The translations under genes and the position numbers were made by a program. The notes under the pieces were generated by a model. That model worked only from the letters and a program-made list of their open reading frames with translations. It made no database searches and was not told where the DNA came from. A stretch of 63,473 nt of DNA, counting the filler, from Fonticula-like sp. SCN 57-25 (taxonomy: Eukaryota): the NCBI GenBank assembly GCA_001724245.1. It is 7 parts of 7 records of this genome, joined end to end, with 100 filler letters (N's around TTAATTAATTAA, not from the genome) between each part and the next. Parts side by side here need not be neighbours in the genome. Positions count along the whole stretch, not along the records: positions 18,075 to 26,973 come from MEDX01000281.1; positions 27,074 to 35,928 come from MEDX01000282.1; 5 more parts are not named here. One strand, given 5' to 3'. Of the stretch, positions 24,189 to 36,028 are shown one piece after another; position 1 is the first letter of the stretch; every line of letters starts with the position of its first letter.

Positions 24189-24776
24189 ATGTCGCAAGCC
24201 GCCGAGCACGCCGGTCCATGCCCGACCTGTAAGCAGTACAAGGCGCCGTCGCTGACGGTGGACGCTGGCGTTCTCCACGAGATCGACGGCAAGATGCACG
24301 TGTTGCTCATCGAGCGCGGTCGCGAGCCCTTCAAGGTACTCGTTGCGGTGTCGGGAAAAACATGCTGACGCGCCTTTGCAGGGCGACTGGGCGTTCCCCG
24401 GCGGCTTTGTTGACTACGGCGAGGACCCGTCCAAGGCCGCTCTGCGCGAGCTGCTGGAGGAGACGAACCTGGTGGGCCAGGATGCCAAGCTTGTGGCCGT
24501 GGCTGGCGCGCCCGATCGCGATCCTCGCCGCCACACTGTCTCGATCCTGTACGGGGTGTTTTTAGGGGACACGTTGATACTTAATATTTGTATACTGACA
24601 TGGCGTATATCAGGTATGACATTTCGGTGAGCGACTTTAGCACGATGAAGGCGGGGGATGACGCTGCCCATGCCGAGTTTGTGCCGTGCGACAAGCTGAT
24701 TTCGGGGGAGGCGCGCCTTGCGTTTGACCACGGAATGCTGCTCGCCAAGCTGCTCGATTCGCGCGGCGCAAAGTAA
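24189..24776 (+). CDS. Nudix hydrolase, ADP-ribose pyrophosphatase-like, 3 exons
   Basis: Nudix box [24 protein letters not shown], plus [20 protein letters not shown] and LAFDH. Confidence 0.9.
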
Positions 24777-25294
24777 TTGCCCGAGTCCTGCAGAGCAACG
24801 TAGTATATGACTTTTGTCGTCTTTTATTGCCTTGCAGCAAACTGTACTTGAACCTTTAATTGTTAAAAATTTGCATGGCACGTACTAGCACTCGTTGTGA
24901 AATCGTGTATCGTTTATTCTATCGGATTAATACCAATATTCTTTTCGTTTCCCTTGCCACTCACGCGCCAGCCCCGGCTTTTTTGCGTCGGTTCCGTGCA
25001 CTTTCTGCCTCCGAGTCTGGGGCAAACCAACCCCCAACTCGATATAATCCGGGGTGAAAATCCGGGGCTGACATTTTGGTCGTCACTTTTGATTGGCGCC
25101 GGGCGTCGACGCCAAACAACGGTGTGAATTTGATCGACGGCGCGTGTGTTATTCATCGCCCGGCCGAGCCGCCACCTTGCTCTGCGATCGGCGATCTTGT
25201 AAGTGCAGCCGTCTTGCTGGTACTCCCTGTCTGTCGATATCGCAGACGGGGCAATCGCGGAATCGTTTGGTTTTATTTATTTGTTTTGGCGTAA

Positions 25295-26973
25295 ATGTTG
25301 AGGCGGCAGTTGAACAAGCTCGCGTCAAAGCCCAAGAATTCCGGTGCGCGATCCCCATTACGCAGCGTTTAAATTTCTCATGCCACTTTTCTAGACGCGG
25401 ACGCGTTGCGGATAGCGGTGCGCGACGAGTATGAGCTGTATGTCCAGGCCAACAGCGATGTCTCGCCCGCGGATCTCAAGGTGTGCTACAAGGCGCTCAA
25501 GGCGCTCCAAAAGAGCCTCTTTGACAATGCAGCATCGTCATCGTACTATGACGCTGGGCTGAACGGCCTTTCGCTCGGCAAGCACGGCGAGACTATTCTT
25601 ACAAATGCGCTTCTTTCCTCTGCCAATAGTCTCCGTGCGCTGTCGCTAATCAAGTGCACGCTCGATGGCGAGTCAATCGGCCGCCTCTACCCGTACATCA
25701 CGCATCCCCACACGCAGCTCGAGTCGCTAGACCTCTCCGAGAACCCGCTCGGCGACAACGGAACCTCGCTCGCGCTGTCCATGATCGCCGCCTCGACCGT
25801 TTCCGAAGTCTTGTGCGCGATCCGCCCCTTGCCGATGCCGCCGCTAACGATCGCCCCGCAGGATGGCGTCCATCATGCTGACACCCGCCGGCGTCCCTAC
25901 CGTTTGCAAATTTTTACGCTCGACGCGCGTTTCGCGCTCAATAGACCTGAGCCACAACACGTTGCTGACCTCTTCGTGCGTGGACGATCTGCTCGCGGCG
26001 GTCGCCTCGAACGTGTTCATCACCGGCTTTCAGCTCGAGGGCGTCGACATGACGCCATCCCAGACCGCGGCCCTATCCGCGTCGCTCACGCGCAACGTCG
26101 AAATTGCTGGAATTCTAGAGTCGCTCATCAGCAGCGCGTGCCGGAGAAACTTTAAGAGCCGCCTCGCCGGCTTCCGCCAGTCGATCCAGGCGAATCGGCT
26201 GCTCACGGGCGGCGTCGGCGAGCTGGTCGGCCCGGCGTACCGCTGGTTCCCCAAGATGGCCGAGCCGCCGTCCATCACGCCGTGTGTCCGCTTCCAGGTC
26301 GGCTCGGTCGTCGCCGTCGGCCGCAGAAAGGAGATGCAGGACGTTATTTGCATCAGGGGGTCGTTCAGGGAGCGCAAGACGCAGGACCTCTTTGCCCTCT
26401 TTGACGGGCACGGCGGCCGGTGCGCACCAAATCTGCTTTTGAACCTTTTTGCTAAAAAGTGCCTTAGGAATGCCGCGTCGTACTGCGCCGACCGACTGCC
26501 GACCATCATTGCCGACAACCTGGCGCGCTCGGACGACATGTACGTCGAAAGCGCGCTCGTCAACTCGTTTGTCCAATGCCACAAGGAGATCGCCGGCTGG
26601 GCCACAAAGGTACATATTTTTTCATGCCTTTTATTTTTTCCACAATCACTAACAGTAAAATTTCCTTTTCCAGTGCGGCACGACGGTCGTTCTTCTTCTT
26701 GTGATTGACCTTCGCCGCTACATTGCCGTCGCGGGCGACTCGCGCCTCGTCCTTTCCCGCGCCGGCCGCTGCGCCTTTGTCACGACGGCGCACAAGACGT
26801 CGCACCCATCCGAGCGCGCGCGCATCCTCGCCGCGAACGGCACGATCGAGGACGAGCGCGTGAATGGCCAGCTGTCTGTCACGCGCGCGATCGGCGACGC
26901 TGACCTTTTCCCCTATTTGACCGCGGAGCCCGACGTGTACATCCAGGACGCCGACGAGGACGACGACTTTGCG
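25295..26973 (+). CDS. LRR (RI-like) plus PP2C phosphatase domain protein, multi-exon, 3'-truncated
   Basis: LESLDLSENPLGDNG and IDLSHN repeats; PP2C motifs GRRKEMQD, FALFDGHGG, AGDSRLVL, ERARI..ANG, RVNGQLSVTRAIGD, AEPDV. Confidence 0.85.
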
Positions 26974-27073
26974 NNNNNNNNNNNNNNNNNNNNNNNNNNN
27001 NNNNNNNNNNNNNNNNNTTAATTAATTAANNNNNNNNNNNNNNNNNNNNNNNNNNNNNNNNNNNNNNNNNNNN
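26974..27073. other. Artificial contig linker
   Basis: N44-TTAATTAATTAA-N44. Confidence 0.98.
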
Positions 27074-27356
27074 CACTTTTACTTTCGGGAAAGCAAGGAA
27101 AGCATCGGTAAATGCTGCTGAATGACACGTGGGCATTGTCGCAAAGTGATCGGTAGAGAACCCTTATGAACAAGGGAGGGCGGATCATAAAAGTGCCTTA
27201 ACCACGGGGTAAAGCGGGGTACCGTGGACGAGAAAGAAAAAAAAGTCAGCCGAAAATAATGCATTAAAACAGTGTGTGTGGAAAGAGAGACCAGGACAAT
27301 TGGGGAAGCGCAGTAAGGGTATGCAAACTAGCTACTTTTTCGGCTTTTGCATCCGC

Positions 27357-27825
27357 TTAGAGGCTGCCGGCAAGGAACTGCTCGAGGAGCTCGCTCTCGA
27401 TGGCGTTGTCAAACGCCTCGTAGTCCTAAAAGAAAAGGAAAAAAAGGCGTGAGCATGCGTCTAGAGGCGAGGGGCGAGGCACGCAAAACGTGTGCCACGC
27501 AATCAGTTACGTACACCGAGGTACTTGTCGTCGAGGAAGATCTGGGGCGGGGTGTTCTGGCCGCTCTTGGCGCGCATGAACTCCTTGAACTCCTCGCTGT
27601 TGGCAATGTCGCGGAGCTCAAACGGCACCTTGCGGGCCTGGAGGGTCGACTCAATGCGCGACTGCTTCTTCTTGAGCTGCAAAAAAAATGTGTCAGCTCA
27701 CCCGACCAACATCAACATCACACAAAAGACGCATCCCCGGCAAGGGGACCCGCGTCGTTTGTTTGCTCAGTGCGCACCTCGAGGCTGCCCGACACGGTCG
27801 AAACGTAGACGATGATCTTGCCCAT
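27357..27825 (-). CDS. SH3BGR-like thioredoxin-fold protein, 3 exons
   Basis: Spliced MGKIIVYVSTVSGSLE|LKKKQSRIESTLQARKVPFELRDIA...PPQIFLDDKYLG|DYEAFDNAIESELLEQFL. Confidence 0.88.
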
Positions 27826-28308
27826 GATGATGAGTTTTCGCCTTTCTTACGGAGGGATGGCCGAGGTAAGAAGAACAAACAGGAAGCTACGCAATCAACA
27901 TCTGCCCAAATTGGGAAAAGCATTCGGCCTGCCAGCCAATCAAATCGCACGAGTTCACGTCGGGAGCGGCGGCGGTGCTCGGCGCGGCGGCTTTTAAGGC
28001 GGCGTTGGCCAGTATAGCACATTGTGTACGCAAATGAATACAAGAGCTTTACTTGGTATTGTGCTCGTGAAAGCCCGACTGTCATTGAAACGTACCGAGC
28101 CTTGACGTAGATTAAATTTTATATGCCATACGATTATAAAGAATGATGTAGGACTTTGGTCAATAAAGGCTGAATAAAGGTCAGTCAAATGATGAATGTT
28201 GCATCGATAAAATTATCATTGAAGTTAACATGATGGTTATATTTCTAAAGCATTCGCCTAAACTGAATAATGACAAAAACCGACCGAGTCGGCGCCCGCC
28301 TAGCCCGC

Positions 28309-29111
28309 TCAGCAGCGGCACCCTGCGTCACCCTCCCCCTGGCCGTGCGTCGTTGCCGACAGGTCGACCGTGTCCGCGGCCGACGCCGCCTCGCGCTGCG
28401 TCCCCGTCGGCTTCTTCCCCGCCACGAGGGCCGGTGTTTCCAAAATTTTCATTACGAGCTCCTCAAACGCCTGCTGGATGCCTGCCTTGGTCTTGGCGCT
28501 GCACTCGATAAAAAGCGCGTTGAAGCGCCGCGCGAGGGCCACGCCTTCCTCCCGGCTCACTGCCCGGCGATCCTCCTCGTCGATCTTGTTGCCAATGATC
28601 ATGGTGGCGATGTCCTTGGAGGTGGCGTACGTGTCCAGCTCAGAGAACCACACCTCAAGATTGTCAAAGCTCTCGCGGCTCGTCACGTCATATACTGCGC
28701 GCGGGTGTCAGCAGAAAGGCAGGAGGGAGGGATGGGCGTACCGAGGATGACGCCCTGCGCGCCGCGGTAGTAGGAAGACGTGAGCGTGCGGAAGCGCTCC
28801 TGCCCGGCCGTATCCTGCACGCGCGCGCATGTCAGAAGGAAAAACAAAGATCAGCAGCAAAAATGTACCCAGAGCGTGAGCTTGACCTTTTTGCCGTCCA
28901 CTTTCATTACCTTGACCTTAAAGTCGACGCCTGCGCGATCGCGTCAGCCCCATCAACAAACACAACAATGATGGCCGATTTCCCCCGTACCTATCGTGAC
29001 CAGATGCTCATCCTCAAACTTGTCGTCGGTAAAACGAATGAGAATCGACGACTTGCCGACTCCGCTGTCGCCGATCAGCAGCAGTTTGAAAACAAGCTGC
29101 TCCTCGGCCAT
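28309..29111 (-). CDS. RAB18: Rab18 GTPase, 4 exons
   Basis: [68 protein letters not shown]-terminal CRC. Confidence 0.93.
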
Positions 29112-29203
29112 TTCGCGAGCTGACGCCAAACTGCAAAGTCGTACGTAGGGACAGAGAAATTCTTGGCTTTTGATTGGACGAGAATTGGTTTAATCGGCAG
29201 TAA

Positions 29204-29555
29204 ATGATGGCTGCGCGCGCACCGACTGACAGCTCGATCCCCATTGAAACGGTTCGCGCGGTTTTAAAGACCGGTTGGCAGGACAGCACGCGGTGTACGC
29301 GCGCTTGTTACTCTGATAGCGCACGATACTCACGGGTGGTCGCCAGTAAACAAGGACGCCTTGCAAGCAACCAGCGAACTTTTGCGCATCTTCACCGTCG
29401 GTGCGCCACCTGCCCGCCGTTATACCTTGCGCTGATCCACGTCCCTTGCAGAGGCTTTTGAGCGCGCCCTTGCAACTGCGTCGGCAGAGGACGCTGCTGT
29501 AGTAGACGTTGAGCATTTGGAAAAGAATCTGCCGCAGCTTTTGCTTGACTTTTAG
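29204..29555 (+). CDS. CENPX: Centromere protein X / MHF2 histone-fold protein, 3 exons
   Basis: Spliced ...WQDSTR|LNKDALQATSELLRIFTV|EAFERA...VDVEHLEKNLPQLLLDF*. Confidence 0.9.
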
Positions 29556-29557
29556 TC

Positions 29558-31182
29558 ATGGAGCCCTCTGATCTGGAGGCTGCCCACACGCTGGTGTTTG
29601 CGGCATCGGTGCTGCTCGGCGAGGTGACGCTGCCGCCGTCCGTACCTGACCAAACCTCATTGAAGCGAAAGCGCACAGAAGACGATGCACTGGGAAAGCG
29701 TCCGAGCAATGAGAGCTTTTCCTTCGCGGCCGCCGCATCGGCATCCGCCCCTCCCTCCATGCCCGAGCCGCCGCCGCCACCGCCGCCGCCGCCACCGCCG
29801 CTCGAGGAGCCGCAATGGAGCGCGTCGGACGTGATGAGCCAATCCTCCCAGCCCAACGAGGAAAACATTGAAAACAGCACCGTGTGGAGCCAGTCGACGA
29901 TGGGCAGCCTCGTGTGGAACGTGTCCGCCGTCCAGAACGACTTTAAGGTGCTCGACCTGCGGGACGGCCGGCCGCTGCAGCCGCCGCCGCACGGCAAGGA
30001 CGTTGTTTTGGGCGCCTCGCTGTCCATCCGGGCCGAGTGCGGCGACGCGCACGAGGCATTCATTCGCAATCTCAAGCCGTCCTTTACCTTTACCAGCGAC
30101 AAGGCCGATATTTTGCGGCCGTCCCTCGAGGCCGGCAGGGTACGCGTCATACGATTGGCATTAGTTTGCCACGTGGTCATTCACACGTGATTCCAGGGTC
30201 TCTTGTTTGCCATCCCGGCCGAGGACGACGGCCTCGAGATGCAGATGCGGATGCGCGGCAGCCCGTCTGACTCTACGTGGTACATTTTTTTATCATTTAT
30301 GTTGACTTTGCTGACACGTTTGCGGTCATGTGATAGGCGATGGGACGCGTATGTGTATAGAATTTCGTTTATTAAGCAGACGATGGATGATCAGTTTACC
30401 TCGCTGCTGACGCGGAACAAGCTGCCGCTCGTGCTGGACCTGGACGACACGCTGGACCGCGCCATCAATATGTTTGATACCGCCCAGGTGGAGGTCATCA
30501 AAAAGACACGTGCGCAGTTGTTTTTGCTCTTTATTTGCTCACGTGGCCGCAGAACCCGAGCGTCTGGTCTACCTGGAAAAGACGAAAATGTTTGTAGTCT
30601 TGGCGGTGAATGTCCACGAGTTCCTCAAAGAGCTGCAGCCTGTATGCATTATATTGCCATGCTAAACGCTGACTCACCATTTTTGCCGCAGTTGTTTGAG
30701 GTCATTCTTTGCTCGCTGGGCGACGCCGTGTACGTTGAGGAGATGCGGGCGGTGCTCGATCCCACGGGCGACATTATTGTACGCGCGTACTCGTGCAGGC
30801 GCAAGTTTGAGGCACTCAAGGCGCAGTACGCATCACGTGATTGCAATGACTGGTATTGCTGACGATACATTGTAGGAAGCCAAAGCGGCCCCCGAAGGAC
30901 CTTGTGGACCTGTACCTGTTTTGCTCTCGCTATAGCACGCTGCCGATCATTGTGGACGACGACGCCTCGCCGTGGGTACAAAGGGACAATATCATATTGG
31001 TGCGGCCGACGAACGAGCCCGCGTGGGACACGTCGCTGAATAAAAACATCCTGCCGGTCCTGAAAAGCGTCCACGAGGCGTTCTTTTCGCAGCTAGAGAT
31101 CAACATGCAGTCGCCGGATGCGCGGCTGCTCGACGCGGCGCCAAACGTACGATCAATTCTGCAGAGGCTCGGTCAGCCGTAA
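29558..31182 (+). CDS. FCP1/CPL-family HAD (RNAPII CTD-like) phosphatase, multi-exon
   Basis: KLPLVLDLDDTL (DxDxT), VHEFLKEL|LFEVILCSLG..YVEEMRAVLDPTG, IIVDD..W; GT-AG exons join in frame. Confidence 0.75.
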
Positions 31183-31367
31183 ATTTTGTATATTTGCCAT
31201 ATTCAATGTATCCATTATCGATTCTTGCTACCGAACGTCAAGTGGCAAAAAGGAACGGCCGTTTGTGCACAAAACTGGCACAAAAAGCCCTTGCAAGTCT
31301 ACTCAATCTATCAAGATCGTCTCAATTTGAGACGATTACTATCAAGTAAAAAAAAGAAACATCCAAC

Positions 31368-31439
31368 TGCCCACACCCGGGATCGAACCGGGGGCCTCCA
31401 GTTTACGAGACTGGCGCTCTACCACTGAGCTATACGGGC
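31368..31439 (-). tRNA. tRNA-Thr (anticodon CGT)
   Basis: Reverse complement GCCCGTA TAGCTCAGTGGTAGAGC G CCAGT CTCGTAA ACTGG AGGCC CCCGG TTCGATC CCGGG TGTGGGC A folds as a cloverleaf; an oligo-T Pol III terminator follows near 31348-31355. Confidence 0.96.
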
Positions 31440-31561
31440 AAACACATGACTTGAAGAAGTGTTTATAAAGGCTCCGTTTTTCTTGTTTGGAATAAGGTGA
31501 TATTTGCGCATTTCCCTTTTAGGACGGACTTTGACTGGGCGCAGCAAACATACCAGCAGCC

Positions 31562-34500
31562 ATGGACAGCGACGAGGCGTTCGGCCTGGAGGCGCTGGCC
31601 GAGTTTGATGCTTCGGTGCGCGCGGTGTGTTTCGTGAAAGCGCTTTGGCTGACATGTCCTGCTCTTTAGGTAACGCTGCCGGACGGAAAGACCACGGTCC
31701 AGATCAAGCTTTCCGGGCGGTCGACCGTTGATCAGGTCAAGGTACGATCCGCTTTGTGTTGAATGGCGGTCTGAATGGGATCTGTGGTGTCGCTATAGGC
31801 AACGTGCTTTAAAAAGATCCCGCAGCTGGCTGGGTATAGCAGGCTGCGGTGCTCTGTTGGTGTCGATGCCGACAACCTGGTTGCGGTTGAGTTTGCCCGC
31901 TTTGTAAAGTGCCATCCGTCGATCCAAAAGTCATACGAGGCCAAGACCGTCGTGTCGTTCGGGATCTTTGAGCGGAACACCGTCGAGTCTCCCACAGTGT
32001 ACGAAACCGCCGCATGCGATGCCCCGCGCGCTCACAATCCGCGTCGATGGTAGCACGCGGCACCGCGATCGGTCTCGGTCAGAAGCCAATTCGCCCGCTT
32101 GGCGTGCGGAGCGCGCGTACGCAACTCCTTTTTGCGCTCCTTTTTTGCTCAATTTCATGTCCAAAGTGCTCTGCAAGCCGCCAAGAATGATCCCGCTGCG
32201 TCGCCGTCGCCCTCTGCCGGCCCCGTCAGTAAGGTTTTAGACTATGACTCCCCGCGCAGCTCGCCCCTCAACCCCAAGGCCGATTGGCTCCGCAAGCGCA
32301 GCAACAGCTCGTCCTCTGAGAACGGCGCTCCTATTTCGAGCCCCAGCGGCGCTCGCGAGGGCGGCCTGCGCTCCAGCGGCTCGTTCAAGCACTTTGACGG
32401 CCGCCCGTCGACCTTTTCCCCGCTCAACGTCCCCGCGGGCCTCGTCTCGCCAAAGTCCAGCCCGTCCGCGCGCTACCTGAGTGCGTTTCTAGCATAATGT
32501 AGTTTATCTTATTGACATGTTTGTGCTTGCAGAGGGCGGCAATGGCGAAAAGCCCGCGTGGGTGTCTCGCGTAGAGTCGTCTCGCCCGAGCGCCATCAAC
32601 ACGCAGTCGTCGCGGGCCGCCGGCGACACGCGCGACAGCTCGGTCGAGTCGAGCCTGGACGCGACGCCGCTCACGGCAGACTCGTCCGACGCGTTCGTGG
32701 CGTCGTCGGGGTCGACCGACACGCTCGTCGCGCCGAGCCCGACCGCCGCACCAGCGTACGAACGTTGCTTTTTGTTGCATTTTATTTACCGTTTGCCTTG
32801 TTTAGTACTGTAAAAGAGTCTGTTTCGACGTCGTCTACAAAGGCCGCCGTTTTGACTTCCGAGACAAAGCGCGAGAGGTCGCGCGAGTCGGCCGACAAGC
32901 CCGAGTCTGCTGCCGGCGAGGCGTCCGAGTCGCGCCGGCACGGCAAGCGCGGGTCTGACGGCACCAAGCGGTCGCAAAAGTCATCGGCCGCCGCGGCTGC
33001 AAAGCAGGCCGAGGCGCAGAGCGAGCAGACGCAGGACGCGGAAGGGTCAGCTCCGTTCCCTGATCTTTTAAAGAGCCGCAGCTCGAGCTTCCCCGAGAGT
33101 GCGCTACTTTTTCGTGGGTATTTTTGGTCTAACTTTCCATAGTTGATGTGCTGCCGACTGCGTCCGTGTCGTCGCCCGTTCTCAAGTCGCCCCGCCGCGT
33201 GAGCGACGCGGAGTTCCAGTCGCGCCTCGCCGGCGACCCGGCACGCCCCGACGAAGTTGACGACGTCGACGAAGATGACGACGATGACACCGACTCGCTC
33301 GGCGCGAGCACGCCCAACCTGTCGCGGCCGTCGATCAAGTCGCGCGTCAAGAACAAGGTGAAGCGCTCGCAGTCGCAGTTTGCGGCGTACCTCAAGGGAA
33401 AGAAGGGGGCGGCGACCCGCTCGGATGTCGACCTTACGTCGTCGCGCGACGACGAGATTGTTTCGCCGTCGCTCAACGCCATCATGGCAGACAACTACAT
33501 GCGCGCGCGCAGTGCCAGCGAGAGCGAGCTCTCTGACATGCACGGCGACCAAATTTCACCCGTACGTTCATGTTGTTATGGTGTTTTTATGCTGTTTTTG
33601 CATCAATACTCATATTTTTCCTTCTTTTTTTTTCAGATGATGGAGGCAAAGATGGCTCGCCGGCAGCTCAAGGGCTCCAAGACGGCGCTGAGTGTGAGCG
33701 GCCCGCCATTACTGGACAATGGCGAGGAAGTGACTGCCACGACAGTTCCGTGGCTGCTCGGCACGCGGCCGCTCGCGCACGACCGCGTGGCGCCCGGCGC
33801 CCGCGAGCCGACCGAGGAGGAGGCCGCGTACTGTACGCCGGCGGTGCTCAGCTGGCCGGGATGGATCGTCGAGCGCGCCGCCGCCCAATCAAAGGAAGAC
33901 TATGAGAATGCTTCTGTGAAGCCGTCAGAGGCGAACGGGAATTCTTGGTTCCGCGACCACTTTACCAACTATGGTACGCTGGCAGCGAACATGAAAATTA
34001 TATATAAAAATGTGATTGTGCTGATGAAAATGATGTTTTTGTAGAGGGGACGCGGTACTTTGTGGGTGAGCCGGTCGAGCTTGGCCCGACGATCATTGCG
34101 GTGCACGCCGACAAGCAGCGTGGGTACCGCGCCATCGTGCGGTCGCGGGCGGTACGCCATGCTTTTCGTGTCAACCTCGTCTGCTAACAGGCCGTTTAGG
34201 GTGAGGATTTTGTTGCTTTCCCGCTGTCGGCCGTCAAGGTGTCGTCAGTGCTGCGCTCCAAGCCGTCCACCAAGGAAATTCTGCGCACGCTGGACGCGCG
34301 GCTGGGCGACTACGAGTCGGACTTTTGCGAGGTCGAGCGCGACAGGGAGCAGTACGAGCTCAGTTTGCATATTGCATATTGTGTCTGACGCGCATTTTTT
34401 TGGTTTTTTCAGTGTTGCAAAGCAGTTTGCGAGCGCCGAGGAGCGTCAGCATGTCCTCTCGTACAAGTTTGGCGCGCTTTACGTCCGCGACGGCCAGACT

Positions 34501-35254
34501 GTTGAAGAAGACATGTTTGGCAATGTGGATGGCTCCGCTGGCTTTAATGCCTTTATGGAGTCGCTGGGCGAGCGCGTGCAGCTCGAGGGCTGGCAAAAGT
34601 ACCGCGCGGGTCTCGACGTGTCGGGCCGCAACACGACAGGAACGCACTCGATCTACACAAAGTTGAATGACTTTGAGATTATGTTCCACGTGTCGACCAT
34701 GCTGCCGCACCGCTCGTTTGACGTGCAGCAGCTCGAGCGCAAGAGGCATATCGGAAACGATATTTGCATGATTGTTTATCGCGAAAATTGCACAACGCCA
34801 TGGCGGCCAAACACGGTCGAGTCAGAGTTTATTCGTACGTAAATGTTGGTTTTTTGTTGTTGTTTATTATGTTTATTGTTTTGCTTTTGCTCTTTTTGGA
34901 GCCTTTTTCGCCCTTTTTACCTATCTATATCGTGCTTTTCCCTATCTAACTTCCTCTCCAGATATCATTATGGTTGTGGATGCCAAGGTGAAGGACCCCG
35001 AGACGCCGTCCGACGACGACATGTTTGCCATCACGATCGTGACAAAGCAGGCCGTGCCGCAGTTTGGCCCGGCGCTCCCCGAGGGCCACGTGTTCAAGCG
35101 CGGCGAGATGATGCGCAACGCAGTGCTGTGCAAGCTCGTGAACGGCGAAAACACGGCCTTTTCGGCGCCCATCTTTGCGACAAAGATCAAGCGCACGCGC
35201 TACGCGCTCTACAAGCTGCTCGCTGACCCGTACCTTCCCAAGCCGGGCAAGTAA
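31562..35254 (+). CDS. Rap GTPase-activating (RapGAP domain) protein, multi-exon
   Basis: YKFGALY, EEDMFGN, YRAGLD..NTTGTHSIY, EIMFHVSTMLP, QQLERKRHIGNDI, FGPALP, KLVNGEN, RTR. The long Ser-rich N-terminus and the start position are less certain. Confidence 0.88.
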
Positions 35255-35592
35255 GTTGGCAGTGCAGATCTGTCGGCCGGGGGTGTCGGGCATCACCGTG
35301 TGCCGGCCGCATCTTTCATTGAAGGTTTTCTTAATTTGCTGTTGTCAATTCTCTTTACAATGTTTTGGATCATTATCGATTCTGAATGTACATCACCATA
35401 CCTTTTATATCTCTTTTCCTTTGCCGTACACCTCCAGCAAGCGTTGGGCTCCGCATGCAAGAATGCCGGTCCATCTTGCCCAAATAGGAAGGAATCAGCG
35501 GGATCAGCCCGAAATCAGACCAATCAGTCGATTGCTGACTCGCTAATCTCACCAGCACGCCTGCTGCTGCGCTGCAGAGCGGCGACTGCGCC

Positions 35593-35928
35593 ATGTCGAC
35601 GTTTTCGAGAAAGAGCGAGCTGAGCGGGATGCTCATGTCTCGCCGCGGCAGCTTTGAGAGAAGGAAAAATCACAATAATGCGCAGTGGTCGCAGCATAGG
35701 TACTTTTTTTCGGCGTCTTTTTTTATGCGATTTTGCAGTGCACTGACCCGTTATTGACTAGGCATGACCTTGAGGAGGAGGCACCGGCGCGCATCGTCTG
35801 CAGCCTTCGTACACTCATCGTGTCTGTGAATTTGATATTGATCATCACCTGTATCATTGCGTTGTCGATCACGGCGATTGTCGAGTCGCAAAAGCTTGCT
35901 TCCACGACGGTTCTTCGCTTTGGCCGCA
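35593..35928 (+). CDS. Unknown membrane protein, 5' fragment
   Basis: ATG, one GT-AG intron, then SLRTLIVSVNLILIITCIIALSITAIV TM segment; cut by the contig end. Confidence 0.55.
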
Positions 35929-36028
35929 NNNNNNNNNNNNNNNNNNNNNNNNNNNNNNNNNNNNNNNNNNNNTTAATTAATTAANNNNNNNNNNNNNNNN
36001 NNNNNNNNNNNNNNNNNNNNNNNNNNNN
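35929..36028. other. Artificial contig linker
   Basis: N44-TTAATTAATTAA-N44. Confidence 0.98.

Noticed and set aside
27074-27330. Hairpin-containing region downstream of the SH3BGR-like gene, possible SECIS or ncRNA
   Set aside because: The gene has no in-frame TGA and no proper SECIS core is visible.
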